Shown one piece after another: positions 1-10,713 of a stretch of 64,000 nt of DNA (its first letter is position 1; each line of letters opens with the position of its first letter). Below the pieces are notes generated by a model. That model saw nothing but the letters and a program-made list of their open reading frames with translations. It was not told the origin of the DNA and did no database searches. The position numbers and the translations under genes were made by a program. The stretch comes from a virus (Duplodnaviria; Caudoviricetes). The DNA is taken from IMG/VR virus record IMGVR_UViG_3300028886_000045. One strand, written 5' to 3'.

Positions 1-119
1 ACAGCGATAAGTTTACGTTGTATCGTTGTGCCATCGTATTGTTCAATCGACACCATGACACCATACGGCAATCGGCTACTTAGTTCCTTTGCCAACATTT
101 CCCTATCTTCTGTCACCAT
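1..119 (-). CDS. Partial paralog of phage family A (RLPYGV...), runs off the window start
   Basis: Manual translation MVTEDREMLAKELSSRLPYGVMVS..., same N-terminal motif as 910..1320. Confidence 0.75.
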   Translation of the reverse strand, partial: MVTEDREMLAKELSSRLPYGVMVSIEQYDGTTIQRKLIA

Positions 120-398
120 AGCCTTACAAGATTTTTCTTATTGTCTTTGAAGCCTTGCGGATTTCTTCTACATGACTATCCAAGTAACCATAAAAGTCCT
201 TAATGTCACCGCCAAAGATTTCACCTATGCGCTTGCTTACGCTTTCAGAAAACGCCCAATTATCACCCTTTAGGTCTTCGTTATAGATAACAACCATATT
301 AACGCTTTGGCGTTGCGTCAATATAATGGTAGCGTAAGCCGTTAGTTTGCTTTCGGCTTCAACCTCCCACTTATTACTCATTATGCCGTATTCTACAA

Positions 399-902
399 TC
401 ATACAATTTCTGTTTTGTCAAACTTATACAAATCTTTCGGAGCGACATAAGCCAACCCCTTTTCAATCAAACCGCGATAATCAAACATCCTTGCATTAAG
501 CCAATCCCACATTTCTCCACTCAGACACATATTTGCATCAATCATAATGTCAAACTCCTCGTCATGCCCCTTCGCGTTTTTATATGCTAAGATTACCCTA
601 ATGCTGTTTTCCTTCAAGGAACGTACAACCCTACTGACTATCACACCATACCCTCCTTGCACACAGCAAAACTCGCTTATTTCCCTATCCGTCATACTTG
701 ACAAAGGGCGCAAATAAGCCTTGTGCATTTGTAACGTGTGTTGAGCGAATCCCCCCTTATCACTTTCTGAAATGATAGAATCCCCCAATACGCCTATTGC
801 AACCTCCGCTTTCTCGTTAGGCTTAAAACTGAATTTCAAGCCGTAGGGTATTCGCGCGGAGTAATCCACGTTAATTAAATGAATTTCTTCTTTCGTAAGC
901 AT
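399..902 (-). CDS. Phage hypothetical protein, family A
   Basis: ARIPYG...YLRPLSSMT...DWLNARMFDYRGLIEKGLA; start moved to the ATG at 902 to remove the overlap. Confidence 0.8.
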   Translation of the reverse strand: MLTKEEIHLINVDYSARIPYGLKFSFKPNEKAEVAIGVLGDSIISESDKGGFAQHTLQMHKAYLRPLSSMTDREISEFCCVQGGYGVIVSRVVRSLKENSIRVILAYKNAKGHDEEFDIMIDANMCLSGEMWDWLNARMFDYRGLIEKGLAYVAPKDLYKFDKTEIV

Positions 903-909
903 ATTATCT

Positions 910-1320
910 TTACTTTTCGATTTTATACATATCTTTTGGCGCAACGAAAGCCAAACCCTTTCCAATCAGTCCGCGCCAATCAAAATGATGCGCGTTAAAC
1001 CATTCTGTTACCACACTAAGGGTTTCGTATGGCACAAACATACTATAAAAGCAAATCTCATCCTTATCAAACCACTCAAGACTTTCGCAGTTGTTCAACG
1101 AAAGCAATTCGCCTTTTTCGGCTTCTGTCGCATCCGATAAGGGACGCAGATATGGCTTGCAGTATGCCCAATCCATTGCCATTTTATAGTACATCCGAAT
1201 CAAGTCATCATTGCCTATCGTCAATTCACACGTTCTACCAATATCATCACACACCTTAACCCCATAAGGCAAACGTGCGCAAAGGTCTGTCACCAAAAGT
1301 TTTCTTTCTTCTTCTGTCAT
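910..1320 (-). CDS. Phage hypothetical protein, family A
   Basis: DLCARLPYGVK...KPYLRPLS...HHFDWRGLIGKGLA. Confidence 0.85.
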   Translation of the reverse strand: MTEEERKLLVTDLCARLPYGVKVCDDIGRTCELTIGNDDLIRMYYKMAMDWAYCKPYLRPLSDATEAEKGELLSLNNCESLEWFDKDEICFYSMFVPYETLSVVTEWFNAHHFDWRGLIGKGLAFVAPKDMYKIEK

Positions 1321-1328
1321 TCTTTCAG

Positions 1329-1691
1329 TTATTCAAAGTTATACATCCCCTTTGGTGCTTTCAAGGCTTCACCCTTTGCAATCAAACCGCGAAAATCGAA
1401 ATGGTGCTTATAGTACCAATCGGTTTCATACCCCTCGACTTCCAAAACAAGTTTTGATAACTCGCACTCTTCTTTGTCCGTCATATCCGACATAGGACGC
1501 AAATATGGCTTGATTTCCTTGATATTGTAGGTATCAGCCTTCTTTGTGACTTCTGTCTTTTGGTAGTCGAATTGCAGAAAGAACTCGTCACCAATTACAC
1601 CCTTCAGTATTGCAGTATGTTCTTTGTTACCACACGCGCAAACCTTCACACCATAAGGCAAACGTGCGCAAAGGTCTAACATCTTTTCCAT
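1329..1691 (-). CDS. Phage hypothetical protein, family A
   Basis: DLCARLPYGVK...KPYLRPMSDMT...HHFDFRGLIAKG. Confidence 0.85.
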   Translation of the reverse strand: MEKMLDLCARLPYGVKVCACGNKEHTAILKGVIGDEFFLQFDYQKTEVTKKADTYNIKEIKPYLRPMSDMTDKEECELSKLVLEVEGYETDWYYKHHFDFRGLIAKGEALKAPKGMYNFE

Positions 1692-1996
1692 ATCCTTACC
1701 CTTTGTTAGCGATGTTTATAAAGTTGTTATCCACAGCCACCCACATACGACACCATTTGAAAATCGAAAGATTACCCTTTGAATCCAAAGCCAAACGCAA
1801 ACTTTCATTTCTTACGTTTGTGTGTACCCAAATGTGGCATAACTTACCATCTGTCATTTTAGACACTATATCCGCTTTCACAGAAAAGTCTATCCCCTTT
1901 TCCTTTTTGCAGACTTCTATCATTCTTTCCACAGCCTCATCAAAATTTGGCGCGATTACATAGTCTATCTTTTTCATATCCTTTCGCTTTTAAGGG

Positions 1997-2302
1997 TTAA
2001 ACAAGGTCAAAGCGACCAACCTTAACTTTGTAGTGGTCTATAACAGCCGTAACCGACATCATAGCATCATGCGTTCTCCAAGCCAAATCATTGAAAGAAT
2101 TTGTCAAAGCCCTATACTTGTCTTCCAAGTCGTGATAAAACTCTACAACTTCGTTGCGAACTCTGCAAAGGTTCTCACCATTCTTGCCTTCCAAGCCTAA
2201 GTACCTTGCTATCATAGCAATTTCTTCGTCACTTGTAAAACGCTCGTTCATTGGTTCGTAACCCTTTAGGAAAATTTTCTGTTCTCTTGAAAGTCCTACC
2301 AT
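1997..2302 (-). CDS. Hypothetical protein with promoter and pseudoknot leader
   Basis: ORF track; leader element at 2312-2337, promoter at 2372-2403. Confidence 0.8.
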   Translation of the reverse strand: MVGLSREQKIFLKGYEPMNERFTSDEEIAMIARYLGLEGKNGENLCRVRNEVVEFYHDLEDKYRALTNSFNDLAWRTHDAMMSVTAVIDHYKVKVGRFDLV

Positions 2303-2311
2303 AATTATTGT

Positions 2312-2337
2312 GGTCTTGTTATCCCCTTGACCTTGGG
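2312..2337 (-). ncRNA. Conserved 5'-leader H-type pseudoknot, copy 1 of 14 (others start at 3075, 7704, 8653, 9028, 9345, 10975, 11565, 12337, 15491, 18318, 18635, 22265, 45151)
   Basis: 26-nt core with two crossing stems that both covary, 8-10 nt upstream of AUG. Confidence 0.8.
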
Positions 2338-2371
2338 TTTTAATATTTAACTTTGTTTCTTAATTACATTG

Positions 2372-2420
2372 CAAAGGTAGTAATAAATTTTGAATTATGC
2401 AAATTTTTTACCAACTTTTT
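2372..2420 (-). promoter_or_regulatory. Bacteroidetes primary-sigma promoter, representative of 28 minus-strand copies
   Basis: TTTG-N20-TACCTTTG with an upstream AAAAAGTTGGTAAAA extension; -7 boxes at 2372, 3132, 4609, 5256, 7758, 8168, 9403, 11035, 12396, 13770, 15551, 18699, 22324, 22558, 22795, 23267, 23434, 26918, 33881, 37545, 39771, 45211, 48355, 53639, 56231, 58926, 62828, 63571. Confidence 0.9.
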
Positions 2421-2445
2421 TTGTATATAGTGCATCTTTTTTTAC

Positions 2446-2469
2446 TTTTGTCATGTAGGGATGGCAAAA
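2446..2469. promoter_or_regulatory. Repeated 24-bp palindromic site TTTTGYNAT-N6-ATNRCAAAA (10 copies)
   Basis: Copies at 2446, 5362, 8252, 11109, 12502, 15625, 18773, 22398, 23508, 33955, each just upstream of a promoter. Confidence 0.7.
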
Positions 2470-2837
2470 CGCTATAATCCCCCTACGTTCCTATGTGCCG
2501 ACACAAAAACGCACAAACGAAAACAACCCACCACGAAACGTAGTAGGTTGCATTCTATCTTATGGCATTTATACTAACTTATCTTTGCCCACACATCACC
2601 GCTACCAATCAGATAACGCTTGATGTTCTGTAACTGCTGAACGCTGAATATCAAAGGTTCTTTGCCCTCATCCACGCGCTTGTAGTCGTTTTCCATTTCC
2701 CATAGTGGTGACAGACTACCAAAAAGCCTTCTTGCTTTCACAATAGGTATTGCAACACACAATTTCAGTTTAAGATACTTGCTTGTTAAAAGTATCATCG
2801 TAAGTTCATTCTCCATATCCTTGCAGTCTTAAAGGTA

Positions 2838-3065
2838 TTACTTAGCCATATACACGCTTTTGGGTATTGGCTTCCAAGCGAATGCGCTATGAAAACCGCA
2901 ATCGTTAAGTTTCTTACCCTCATGGTTCTCGATATTCTTAACATACCTTCTCCAAGTGTTTTCTACGAACTTGTACATCTGTGGATGGCGTTGCCAAGAA
3001 TTTGAGTTGATAAGCCACTCTTGTATTCTGTTTCTTTGTTCTGTAAGTCTCTTGATGCACTTCAT
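2838..3065 (-). CDS. Hypothetical protein with promoter and pseudoknot leader
   Basis: ORF track; leader at 3075-3100. Confidence 0.75.
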   Translation of the reverse strand: MKCIKRLTEQRNRIQEWLINSNSWQRHPQMYKFVENTWRRYVKNIENHEGKKLNDCGFHSAFAWKPIPKSVYMAK

Positions 3066-3392
3066 AAAAATTGTGGTCTTGTTATGCCCTCGACCGTGGG
3101 TAAAAATTAAACTTGTTTCTTAATTACAATGCAAAGGTACTAATAATTTTTGAAACCGCCAAATTTTTCACCAACTTTTTTTGTATAAAGCCGAAATTTT
3201 AACACTCTGCAAAGAAAAGTAGGTACGGATAATCCGTTTCCCTTATAAGAAAGGTAGGCAAACACGACAAAAACTTTATACTTTGTGATATTGCAAGAAA
3301 ATAACTTTATGAAATTCTAAAAAGACGCGATTTTATAAAGTTTTTGGGTCTGTTTCTCTGAAATACCGCAAAAGAATAAAGTTTCCCAATAT

Positions 3393-3512
3393 CGTAAAAC
3401 GTAGGATTTCGCGTCAAACCTACGCCCCACCGTAGGATGCAAGCGCACCACGCGCAACCAAACATAAGCGTTTTCGTAAAACGTAGGATTTCACTCCGCA
3501 AAACGTAGGATA
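3393..3512. repeat. AAAACGTAGGAT repeats next to the putative origin
   Basis: cgtaaaacgtaggatttc at about 3393 and 3476, caaaacgtaggat at about 3500, partial copy at about 3431. Confidence 0.7.
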
Positions 3513-3574
3513 TATTCTCCTAATCAAAGAAACTTTGTATGGCTTCTTTATTGCGTCAATTTTCAAATTGACTT

Positions 3575-3750
3575 AACATATACATTAATACATAAATTAA
3601 TATTCTTATTATTATTATATATAATATATATGTGGAGTACCAATTTTTAAGTTTTTAAGTACCAATTTTTAAGTTTTTAAGTACCATTTTTTTAGTCTTT
3701 AAGTACCAATTTTTAAGTTTTTAAGTACCAATTTTTAAGTACCTAATTTT
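3575..3750. repeat. Putative replication origin: AT-rich tract plus 22-bp iterons (AGTACCAATTTTTAAGTTTTTA x4 and partial copies)
   Basis: Units start at 3636, 3658, 3680, 3702 and 3724, directly downstream of the Rep-like ORF. Confidence 0.75.
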
Positions 3751-4426
3751 AAGCATTTGCACATTTTAGTTTCGTATGCCCATTTTTCACAAACTGCGAG
3801 TATTCTCTATCTGCCTTTGTTTCTATATACTGAAAATCCCCTTCCATCCAAAAAGTCGTATTTTCAAGCCTTGTGACATACTTCTTTCCTTCACGTTCTC
3901 TTACGACAAACTTGTTTTTTGTAAGTTCGTTAATATATCGTTTGACATTTCGCTTATCTATACCACTATAAAAAGCCAACTGCTCAACGGTTGAATAGTC
4001 TGCATTGTTATGATTCAAGCAATAAGGCACATACCAAGACAGAAAGATTAATTTACCCCCATGCAGTCCGCTTTTAATTTGCAAAGGAACGAACCCCCCT
4101 TTATAAAAATCTTCTGTCACATAAATCTTATCACCCTTGATATATCCATTTCTTTCCAAGGACTTTTTGGCTTCTATAAGACTGGGTTCTGTTATATTTA
4201 GGCTTTCCATCACCTTTGCATTTGTGATACGCATCATTTCCCTATTAGGGTTAGTACCCAAATCATCATTCTTCAAAATCTGTAAACCATTGTTATTACA
4301 ACGAGAATCAAAACCAACCTCGTTATAATACACCTTTGAAGCAAAGAAACAATACACCAACTTTGCTACTTCTGTTAAGCAATTAAACTCCTTGCTTAAA
4401 ATCTTTCTGTATAAAACCGCTTGCAT
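3749..4426 (-). CDS. Putative replication initiator / tandem winged-HTH protein
   Basis: Two HTH-like segments (NAKVMESLNITEPSLIEAKKSLERNGYI; VEQLAFYSGIDKRNVKRYINELTKNKFV), next to the iterons. Confidence 0.6.
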   Translation of the reverse strand: MQAVLYRKILSKEFNCLTEVAKLVYCFFASKVYYNEVGFDSRCNNNGLQILKNDDLGTNPNREMMRITNAKVMESLNITEPSLIEAKKSLERNGYIKGDKIYVTEDFYKGGFVPLQIKSGLHGGKLIFLSWYVPYCLNHNNADYSTVEQLAFYSGIDKRNVKRYINELTKNKFVVREREGKKYVTRLENTTFWMEGDFQYIETKADREYSQFVKNGHTKLKCANA

Positions 4427-4744
4427 ATTCTATATATAAATCTATTTTTCTATTCTATTTTTTCAGAGAGGAGAAACGTGCGCCCCTTTCTGTGTTTTGC
4501 AACAAACATCTACGAATAGAATGTTTTACACATCAAGAAAGCACACGTCTATAAATAGATTTTATATAGAAAATGCCTTTTTATTATCCGTAAATGTTTG
4601 TTGCGGTGCAAAGATACAAAACATTTCGGATATATGCAAATGTTTTACCAACTTTTTTGTGAAGAGAAAGGACGCGCACACCATAGGCATACGCGCCCCT
4701 ATCATCACAACTTTGCTAAGAATCAAAAGAATATGAAAACATTG

Positions 4745-4816
4745 TGACTACGCTCAGAATCGAACTGAGATTTACTCTTTAGGAGAGAGTCGTTCTATCC
4801 ATTGAACTACACAGCC
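4745..4816 (-). tRNA. tRNA-Arg(CCU)
   Basis: Cloverleaf GGCTGTG/CGTAGTC, D arm GTTC/GAAC, anticodon arm ACTCT-CTCCTAA-AGAGT, T arm CTCAG-TTCGATT-CTGAG; CCA not encoded. Confidence 0.92.
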
Positions 4817-5395
4817 GTTTGTAAGGTGCTTTGGTCAAACCTACAACTCGGATTTATTTACCTACTGACCGCCACACCTTACTATTTGAACACAAAATAG
4901 AATGTTACAAGAAATCCATGTGAATACTGTGGTGTTCGTAAACCTTTCGGTAGATTTCCACCAATGCGTCATAGTAAGACTTGTGCTCCGACTGATAATC
5001 GCCAAGCGTTGATTTAATCTTTACTTTGATACCATCCTTGAATGGCTTACCGCCCTCTGAAAAGTACACCTTGTAAGCAAGGTCTCCCTCGGCTTTGTTG
5101 GGGTAATCCTTATCCACTTCAATGACGATATACGCACTTTCCTTTTTGTCAATACATTGCAAGAACAACTCCAAAAGGTTCTTCTTTGCTTCTGTATCAA
5201 GGATGTTTATTTTCTTTCCATCCATACATCTTAATCGTTATTTGATTTGTTAGTGCAAAGGTACGCATTTTTCTTGAACTATGCAAATTTTCTACCAACT
5301 TTTTACCATTGTTTTATTGCTTTTCTTTTGCTTTTGTTTGCTTGTTATGTTCCTTTGCCGATTTTGCTAACCCTACTTTGCAATCTGATACATAA

Positions 5396-5433
5396 AAAAG
5401 GTGACACACGCCCATCACGGGTTATGCCACCTT
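5396..5433 (-). terminator. Intrinsic terminator with GUGA-containing loop
   Basis: aaggtggcataacccgtgatgggcgtgtgtcaccttttt on the minus strand. Confidence 0.65.
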
Positions 5434-5476
5434 AACCAAAATATGAATATAGTTACTAAAACATGATATAAGAGAG

Positions 5477-6289
5477 TCACTTTTCTACAAAGTCACAGAT
5501 ACCTTGCACATACCCCTCAGTCATTTCTACAAAGTTCACGCCCTTGCACTTGCTTAACTTGTATATGAGTATAGGGTTATGTATTACCGCGATTATCTGC
5601 AACCCTTTCTTGTGCTTACGCAAAATGTTATAGATTGACTGAATGTTTTCAAAGTCAAGGTTACGGTCGGGTTCATCCAATAGTGCCGTAAACTCGAAAT
5701 CCGCATCAGTCACTTCTATACGATTTTCCTTATAGTACCCCAAAAGGTTCTTAATCCTTTCTTTCCACGTTGTGTTAGCATCATTTCTCATTTCTGCCAA
5801 CTTTTCAATAGGGAACTTATGGCTTTTCTTCTCGTTAAACAACTCACCAAGCATGAAATCCACGGCATTAATCATTTTCTCGCCCGTTGACGAAGCCGAT
5901 AAATCCATACTTAGCACAACATTCTCTATATTGTCAGATACGTTGCTGTCCTTCAGTTCGCTTTCGCACATCAAACGATACACCTTACCCAAATAATCAG
6001 CCTTAACCTTAACGCCATCAAGTAGGGTGTTGTTTTCTGTTAGCGATATAGGGAAAAAGTGAATCATGTCTAAAGCCTTTCTCGGTGCTTTCGAGCCTAT
6101 GCTATCACGGCAAAGACAAAAGTCATAAATACTTTTCAGTAGCGTTGTCTTTCCGCATCCATTCTTTCCGACTATCACGTTTACGCCCTTTTTGAACGTG
6201 TAAACCTTACCATTTGCCAATGCTTCCAAGTTTCGCATATAGCCGTAAGGTGTTTGCGTGTTGTCCTTTATTTCTACACTTGTAATCAT
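5477..6289 (-). CDS. ABC/AAA-family ATPase (AAA_15/AAA_21-like)
   Basis: Walker A GKNGCGKTT, signature-like SSTGE, Walker B ALLDEPD, H-loop VIHNP. Confidence 0.85.
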   Translation of the reverse strand: MITSVEIKDNTQTPYGYMRNLEALANGKVYTFKKGVNVIVGKNGCGKTTLLKSIYDFCLCRDSIGSKAPRKALDMIHFFPISLTENNTLLDGVKVKADYLGKVYRLMCESELKDSNVSDNIENVVLSMDLSASSTGEKMINAVDFMLGELFNEKKSHKFPIEKLAEMRNDANTTWKERIKNLLGYYKENRIEVTDADFEFTALLDEPDRNLDFENIQSIYNILRKHKKGLQIIAVIHNPILIYKLSKCKGVNFVEMTEGYVQGICDFVEK

Positions 6290-6629
6290 TTGCCCTTAAA
6301 GTTAAATCCTTTCTGAAAAGCATCACAGAAAACCCCTACAACAGACTGAAAATCCAAGTCTTCACCCTCATTCAGTCCGTACATTTCGCGCAAATAGGTT
6401 ACTGCCTTTTCTTTCAATTTGTCTTGTGGTATTTTCCGATATGTGGAAACCACCTCCCAATCCATGTCCCCATCCTTTGGCTCACCCATGCAGTTATAGG
6501 GAAATGGTATAATATCGTATGGTCGCAATATTTCGTATTCGCCATTTGAGCCTTCCACGAATACACCCATCTGACCATTCTTGAAAAGCAACTTATCACC
6601 CATTTGGGCGTTTATCAATACGTTTCTAT

Positions 6630-7388
6630 TCATTTGAGCCTATCATACATTTTTTCAAGCAACTTTAAGAAACTCTCGTTTACCTTATTGTTATAAAGGT
6701 TTCCATTAAGCGTTTCAACGTGGTTTTGGCTTAGGCTACACTTATTGCACTTTGCCTTTGACTCCTTACCCTTTGGGGTAATTGCAACACCAACATAATC
6801 CCATCCAAAATCCCCCAAAATTGTGCCAAAGGTTTCACCAAACGCGCCATCTGTTAAATGATAGTGCCTTTTCTTTGTTACCTTTATCGTTCTTTTCGTA
6901 CCCAATTCGTAGCCACTAATGATGTCACCCACTTGTATGTCATCAATAGAATCAAGGTACTTTTCGCATATTTCCCTTATCTTTAGCCTACCCATAAATC
7001 TCATCGCATACAACTCCGATACGGATTCTTGCAAGTCAAAGGGAACTTCTCCTATATTCGGTTCTACTTCACTCGACAACATACGCCCATGCTCTAATAT
7101 TTCAACGGTGGGATTTGAAATGCACAGCGATTCTGTTGTATTGCCGACACAAACGTAATAGCCGACAACCTTTTGACTGCCAACAGCCATATAACAGCCT
7201 TCTATCTGCTTGACTTCATTGTACCACCTAAACACACACAGATAATCCTTCTTTTCGTCTGCAATCGCCTTAATCAAGTTTCGCGCGACTGATTCACGCA
7301 ATTCTTTAGCGCGTAACTCTAACTTGGTCTTTACGCCCTTTTCAAAAGTCACCTCCGCTATTGCATATTTTCTTTTTTCTACTTCCAT
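6630..7388 (-). CDS. Hypothetical protein
   Basis: 252-aa ORF in an operon. Confidence 0.75.
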   Translation of the reverse strand: MEVEKRKYAIAEVTFEKGVKTKLELRAKELRESVARNLIKAIADEKKDYLCVFRWYNEVKQIEGCYMAVGSQKVVGYYVCVGNTTESLCISNPTVEILEHGRMLSSEVEPNIGEVPFDLQESVSELYAMRFMGRLKIREICEKYLDSIDDIQVGDIISGYELGTKRTIKVTKKRHYHLTDGAFGETFGTILGDFGWDYVGVAITPKGKESKAKCNKCSLSQNHVETLNGNLYNNKVNESFLKLLEKMYDRLK

Positions 7389-7440
7389 ATTTTGATTTGC
7401 TTGTTATTAGTTTGTTTATGTGCCACTTGGTTTTATCGAC

Positions 7441-7695
7441 CTACATATTGAATTTGACCTCCAAGGTAACAAGTTTTTCTATGCCGTTACGCTTACAAGT
7501 CTTTTCTAAAGCCTTTGTCATAGACACAACCTCATCCCATGTCCTTATATGCAATTCAACGCGAAACATATCTTTCTCGCTACTGATAGGCGCAATCTTA
7601 CCTTTATACTCAGTACGATTGTTGATATACTTGCATATCACTTCGATAGCGTTATCTCTATCCTTTGCCTTTGTGTAGTACGTTATGTATAACAT
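7441..7695 (-). CDS. Hypothetical protein with promoter and pseudoknot leader
   Basis: Leader at 7704-7729. Confidence 0.75.
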   Translation of the reverse strand: MLYITYYTKAKDRDNAIEVICKYINNRTEYKGKIAPISSEKDMFRVELHIRTWDEVVSMTKALEKTCKRNGIEKLVTLEVKFNM

Positions 7696-8340
7696 ATTGC
7701 CGTGGCTTTGTTATCCTCTCAGCCGTGAGTTCTAATGTTTGTTTCTTAATTACGATGCAAAGGTACAAAAAAAATCTGATATATGCAAATTTTTTACCAA
7801 CTTTTTTTCAAATTTTATCGTAGTACCTCCCCACCACTTCACCGCTCAGACTAAAGAACTGTCCTTCTTTATATCCCTCAAATCTTAAATCTTTCATACT
7901 TAAAGGGATATAGATAAAACCCCTTTTCTCAACCTTGAATTTCTTAAAATCGGGATAATCGCCTAAGTGTGCCTTTCCAAAGTCATTTGCCTCTTCGATA
8001 GTTGCAAATGTCTTTAATGACATATCACAAACGCGATTATATGCGTTATAGAATGCTACATAATACGGATAGATGGGGGTGTTTGCCATTTTGACAACCG
8101 CTTCACTCCATTCTTTTGCAAAGTCTTTCATTATTACTCCTTTCTTTCTACTTTCTTAATTACAATACAAAGATACTATAAAATTCTGATATATGCAAAC
8201 TTTTTACTAACTTTTTTCAACCCCACTTATAGGAACGTACATATTTCCCCTTTCTGCCATCCATAGATAGCAAAAAGGTGCTTATCATACCGACAAACAC
8301 CTTTTCTAAATAAACCTAAACAATTAATTTAATGAGTATG

Positions 8341-8643
8341 TTAAATCTTTCCGACTGCATGACCGAAAGCAAGTGCAAAGGTAGGATAGAAACCGTTGTC
8401 ATATCCATTTTCAACCTTGAAAGTTGCGAAAAACTTCAAGTTGTTGCTTGGATAGGTAGAAACCGAACCCATGCAAACATCATTCTTATCAAAGAAGATG
8501 TAGCGGTTTTCTTCTTTCTTGATTTTCAAACCCATTTTTTGCGCTTCTGCTACTGCATAACGCTTGTTAATAGCGCATACTGACCCTTCCTTTGAGAAAT
8601 CAGCGTTAAAGCAATTTTCGTGTACTGAATAAGCCTTTACCAT
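8341..8643 (-). CDS. Hypothetical protein (start revised to the ATG at 8643)
   Basis: The track's GTG start lies inside pseudoknot 8653-8679; the ATG is 9 nt downstream of it. Confidence 0.75.
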   Translation of the reverse strand: MVKAYSVHENCFNADFSKEGSVCAINKRYAVAEAQKMGLKIKKEENRYIFFDKNDVCMGSVSTYPSNNLKFFATFKVENGYDNGFYPTFALAFGHAVGKI

Positions 8644-8685
8644 ATCTTTTGTGACCTTGTTATCCACTTGGTCGTGTGGTCTAAA

Positions 8686-9018
8686 TTAAAGTTTTTTTGA
8701 ACATTCGAGGGCGTGTTCAATCATTTTCTCTACCCTTCTGCTTACACCGAAAGATTTCTCCTTCAGATAAACACCGATGATGTTGTCCCTTTCGGTTTCT
8801 GACCAAAAGCCTTGACAAAACCAACCACCAAGGAGTTTCTCATCATGGACTTCGCCACCCCCACGATGACCATTAAAACGCCTTATCTGCTTATGCTGAC
8901 AATCAATCTCAGCAATAGCCTCATCTAATGTCAAACCTTCTGCGATTACATAGTCTTTAAGCATTTCACCATTCTCGCAAAGAAATTCTACTACTGAATA
9001 ATTATTGCCGATATTCAT
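8686..9018 (-). CDS. Hypothetical protein with pseudoknot leader
   Basis: Leader at 9028-9053. Confidence 0.75.
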   Translation of the reverse strand: MNIGNNYSVVEFLCENGEMLKDYVIAEGLTLDEAIAEIDCQHKQIRRFNGHRGGGEVHDEKLLGGWFCQGFWSETERDNIIGVYLKEKSFGVSRRVEKMIEHALECSKKL

Positions 9019-9059
9019 ATCTTTTATGGTCTTTTTATCCCCTTGACCGTGGGTTCTAA

Positions 9060-9335
9060 TTAGATTTCTTCATCGCTGAAAGCCTCAGTCATACAAGTTA
9101 ATTTGTATTCAAAGCCATTACCCTTGATAATCACCTCATGGCAACCGCTCATGTCGTACTTATCAGTATCAACGATTTCTACCTCTTCGTCTAAAAGTGA
9201 AACTAACTTTTCAACAGAGATACCCCAAAAATCCCAAAAACCACTCATTTGTGTTTCTTCGATTATCTCGTTTTCTTCACTTACACCACACAACCAAGAA
9301 AGGTAGTTTCTGAAAGTGCTCTTGATTGATTTCAT
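9060..9335 (-). CDS. Acidic hypothetical protein, near-identical paralog of 18350..18625
   Basis: MKSIKST.RNYLSW.CGV...GFWDFWGISVEKLVSLL. Confidence 0.85.
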   Translation of the reverse strand: MKSIKSTFRNYLSWLCGVSEENEIIEETQMSGFWDFWGISVEKLVSLLDEEVEIVDTDKYDMSGCHEVIIKGNGFEYKLTCMTEAFSDEEI

Positions 9336-9534
9336 ATTCTTTGTGACCTTGTTATTCTCTCGGTCGTGAGTTCTAAATTAACTTTGTTTCTTAATTACAA
9401 TGCAAAGGTACTGCTTTTTCTTGAAATATGCAAATTTTTCACCAACTTTTTTCTGCTTTTGTTGAAATTTTAACATTTCACCCCCATAAATAGCAAAAAA
9501 GATGCCCACAAACCTTGTGAGCACCTTATATATA

Positions 9535-9990
9535 TTACAGACTTCTTTTTATGTTGTCGTAATAGTCTTTAAGTCCTATGTTTTGGTTTTCTACCTTTGC
9601 CATTTTCTTATAAGGTAGGTTAGCGGTCTGTAAACATATCCCTACTGCCCCAAAATCGAAAGTGACTTTCACTTGCTTTTTCGTGAAGCCAACGACACAG
9701 CCGATTCTTAGCAACTGCTCGTAATACACCGCTACTTTGTCACCGACTTTCAGTTTTGCGTTTGAAAGGTCTGTGCCTTCTATCGGTTCTGTGATTGATT
9801 GGTTTTCCGTCTTTGCCATACGCCACGGATAAAGCAATGCGGAATCCGTGCCGAAATCCACTATTACCATTTTCTTGGTAAAGGATTTCACCCTACCCAT
9901 TTTTAACGCAAAGCGATTTTTTGTCACGACTACATCACCAACCTTTAACTCCGTGCTTGCAAGGTCTGTGAACTTAACTGAATTTTCCAT
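9535..9990 (-). CDS. Protein with two tandem SH3/KOW-like repeats
   Basis: TDL...LKVGD.V...G.V..FTKK.V.V.F...MAK.ENQ occurs twice. Confidence 0.7.
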   Translation of the reverse strand: MENSVKFTDLASTELKVGDVVVTKNRFALKMGRVKSFTKKMVIVDFGTDSALLYPWRMAKTENQSITEPIEGTDLSNAKLKVGDKVAVYYEQLLRIGCVVGFTKKQVKVTFDFGAVGICLQTANLPYKKMAKVENQNIGLKDYYDNIKRSL

Positions 9991-10713
9991 ATTTTACATT
10001 TTTTGTTAATACTGAAACTTTACAACCGACTGCCCATCCTCTTTGCAAATTATATAGGAATGTCCTTCGATATTGCAGTTACTATGATTGATAAGGTTCG
10101 TTATCACGCTCTTTAACACCCCCAACTCGTATCTACCCCCAAACCTTATATTTAGGTAACGTACACTCTCCGCTAACGTAGGCAATGCGTTTTCCTTTAG
10201 GGAACGCCCCACGATTTCGGCTATGTGTGAAAAGAATGTTGGCGAGTTCGGATTAATCAAATACATTTCGTTTTCCTTTATCGGCAATCCGCTCACCTTG
10301 TGAATGATTTTCAAATCATTATAGCCACCGCTTAAATGTGTGTTTACCAATATCCGACAATCAGCACGGTAAACATTACGGCAATCCGTGACAAATACCA
10401 CCTCTTTGTCTTTTAGCCAATCAACACTAACGATTTCCCAATTTCCCATACCTTTCCCTTTTCTTTAGATTAAAGCCTTGATGTGCTTTTTCCTTATACC
10501 TTTACTCTTTGCATAGTTGTAAATGTCTGCCAAACTTCCACTCGCGTATTCGTGACCGCCCAATGGCGTTTCTAAATGATATACAAGTTTCGGCTTATTC
10601 CCATTATACCCACCAAGGTAATGCTTTGTAATGTAATTTGTATTATCTTTCATTCTGTAACTACTAAAAGAAAGCGATGCCGTAAAGCACCGCCCCCCCA
10701 AACCTAATCAGAT

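Noticed and set aside
3307-3501. 64-aa ORF in the origin region
   Set aside because: It overlaps the AAAACGTAGGAT repeats, has a TTG start and no supporting signals; probably non-coding.
9345-9356. UAACAAGGU in pseudoknot loop 3 resembles 16S positions 1498-1506
   Set aside because: It is not conserved across copies (AUAAAAAGACC, AAAAAAAGGUU); the stem covaries instead, so the match is probably coincidental.
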